From: a phage
Direction: 5' to 3' (one strand)
Length of the DNA: 64,000 nt
Assembly (NCBI GenBank): GCA_013585095.1
Contig: GCA_013585095.1_3039.1
In this document: positions 62,839 to 64,000 of the stretch, in pieces
Layout: each line of letters starts with the position of its first letter
Position numbering within the stretch: the stretch's first letter is position 1
Notes under the pieces: model-generated
What the model was told of the DNA's origin: nothing
The model's database searches: none
The model's input: the letters and a program-made list of their open reading frames with translations, nothing else
Program-made: the position numbers and the translations under genes

Positions 62839-63958
62839 TTTTAACCTTAACTGGGTCTATTGTTTCCAGTTTCGTTGCATTAGTGAACATATATAGATGA
62901 GTTACTGAATTATTATTGGATAATTCGTGGATAACTTCATCAACGTAAAATTCTGTTTTAAATTGGTTTTTACTATCATTAAAAATAATTTTAACACCAG
63001 GAGTCAAGTTAAAATTACCGACAGTAGAACATTTAGCATAGCCGTCATATTGTGCCATAGTTTGAAGACGAATAGCTTCTTCATATCCATTCCTATAAGT
63101 CATTTCAGAATAAGCACCTGACCTTGACACCACAATAGAGTTTTCGCCCTTTCCTGTAGTAATCATTGGCAGTGAAGAATCTAAAAATGAATGAGCATAG
63201 ATAGTAGCATTTTTCATTGGGTCACGTTTGTGAGGATTCGATTTAGTCAACCAAACGAAATCATATGCTAATGGATATTTTAATTCTTGGACAAATTGAC
63301 CTATTAAAGATGGCTCACCGACAATCATTGGATACGGTTCTTGATTTATCATCATATCATAGTCCATCATGTTAACTCCCATGATGTCTTGCCACACAAA
63401 TACAAATTTGTCACTTCCTACAGCTAGAGCAACTTCTCTAACATACGACAAATAGTTTTCAAATGTGCTAGTCCATGGAATATCAGGAACATAAGCATTT
63501 ATAGCATTTATTGCTGGAGTTAATAACGTGCGATCCTGATAAATGACACCAAGCATTTCCTTTATAGATTCACCTGCATCAGAGAAAAACGGTCTGCCGA
63601 ATTTAAGATTTTCTATAGAATGAATAGTTCCCAATTCAATAGCAATGATGTTATCGCCTTTTGAATCTACAGATACAGAAAAATGCTTACATCCATAAAT
63701 TCGTGTTTTAACATTATTAATATCGTTTGCATTAGCTACAGAAATCTGAATTATTTCATTTCCATCCATTTTTGTATGGATATTTTTAGAATCATAAAAC
63801 TGCAGCATTCCTTCATTTCGGCCATAAAGAGAATCCCGCATAGTTAATGTGGTAATAGTAGCAGCTAATTCAACAAATCTATTATTACTCCAAGCGTCGT
63901 AGCTATCAAATAATTTAACGCTGAGATTTGGATATCCTGGGCGTTGCAACATACTCAT
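62783..63958 (-). CDS. 27: baseplate hub subunit gp27
   Basis: 391 aa as in T4; position. Confidence 0.8.
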   Translation of the reverse strand: MSMLQRPGYPNLSVKLFDSYDAWSNNRFVELAATITTLTMRDSLYGRNEGMLQFYDSKNIHTKMDGNEIIQISVANANDINNVKTRIYGCKHFSVSVDSKGDNIIAIELGTIHSIENLKFGRPFFSDAGESIKEMLGVIYQDRTLLTPAINAINAYVPDIPWTSTFENYLSYVREVALAVGSDKFVFVWQDIMGVNMMDYDMMINQEPYPMIVGEPSLIGQFVQELKYPLAYDFVWLTKSNPHKRDPMKNATIYAHSFLDSSLPMITTGKGENSIVVSRSGAYSEMTYRNGYEEAIRLQTMAQYDGYAKCSTVGNFNLTPGVKIIFNDSKNQFKTEFYVDEVIHELSNNNSVTHLYMFTNATKLETIDPVKVKNEFKSDTTTEESSSSNKQ

Positions 63959-64000
63959 TATTGTTTATCCTTCTCAATCAGTTTTAATACGAATCCGCGC

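Noticed and set aside
63959-64000. Possible 3' end of the upstream - strand gene (gp51 position)
   Set aside because: Only ~40 nt at the window edge; too short to call

Overview
This window is a T-even (T4-like, T2/T6-type) myovirus genome segment, colinear with the T4 map but in the opposite orientation. All calls are from reading the sequence and ORF track against remembered T4 proteins and motifs; no database search was run. Order on the + strand: dda, dexA, a motB-region paralog pair, topoisomerase gp39 (single unsplit ORF), rIIA, rIIB, denB-like, ndd, stp, gp52, motA, arn-like, asiA. Convergent on the - strand: holin t, gp38 adhesin, tail fibre genes 37-36-35-34. Then on +: rnh, dsbA, 33, 59, 32, frd, td (no intron), nrdA, an HNH homing endonuclease, nrdB (no intron), denA, rnlA, alc-like, pseT, cd, 31, rIII, a block of small 30.x-type ORFs, ligase gp30 and two tandem alt paralogs. 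The window ends with baseplate hub genes 54-48-29-28-27 on the - strand. Many track ORFs start at TTG/GTG inside promoters; I trimmed those to the first ATG with a Shine-Dalgarno sequence. No tRNA, rRNA or CRISPR was found. I found no clearly novel multi-gene system; the best candidates for something undescribed are a NADAR/YbiA-like ORF next to a HAD-like phosphatase just upstream of the duplicated alt ADP-ribosyltransferases, a 55-bp promoter/hairpin cassette present twice, early promoters whose -10 sits inside inverted repeats, an extra ORF between frd and td, and a cluster of tiny hydrophobic peptide genes around stp.
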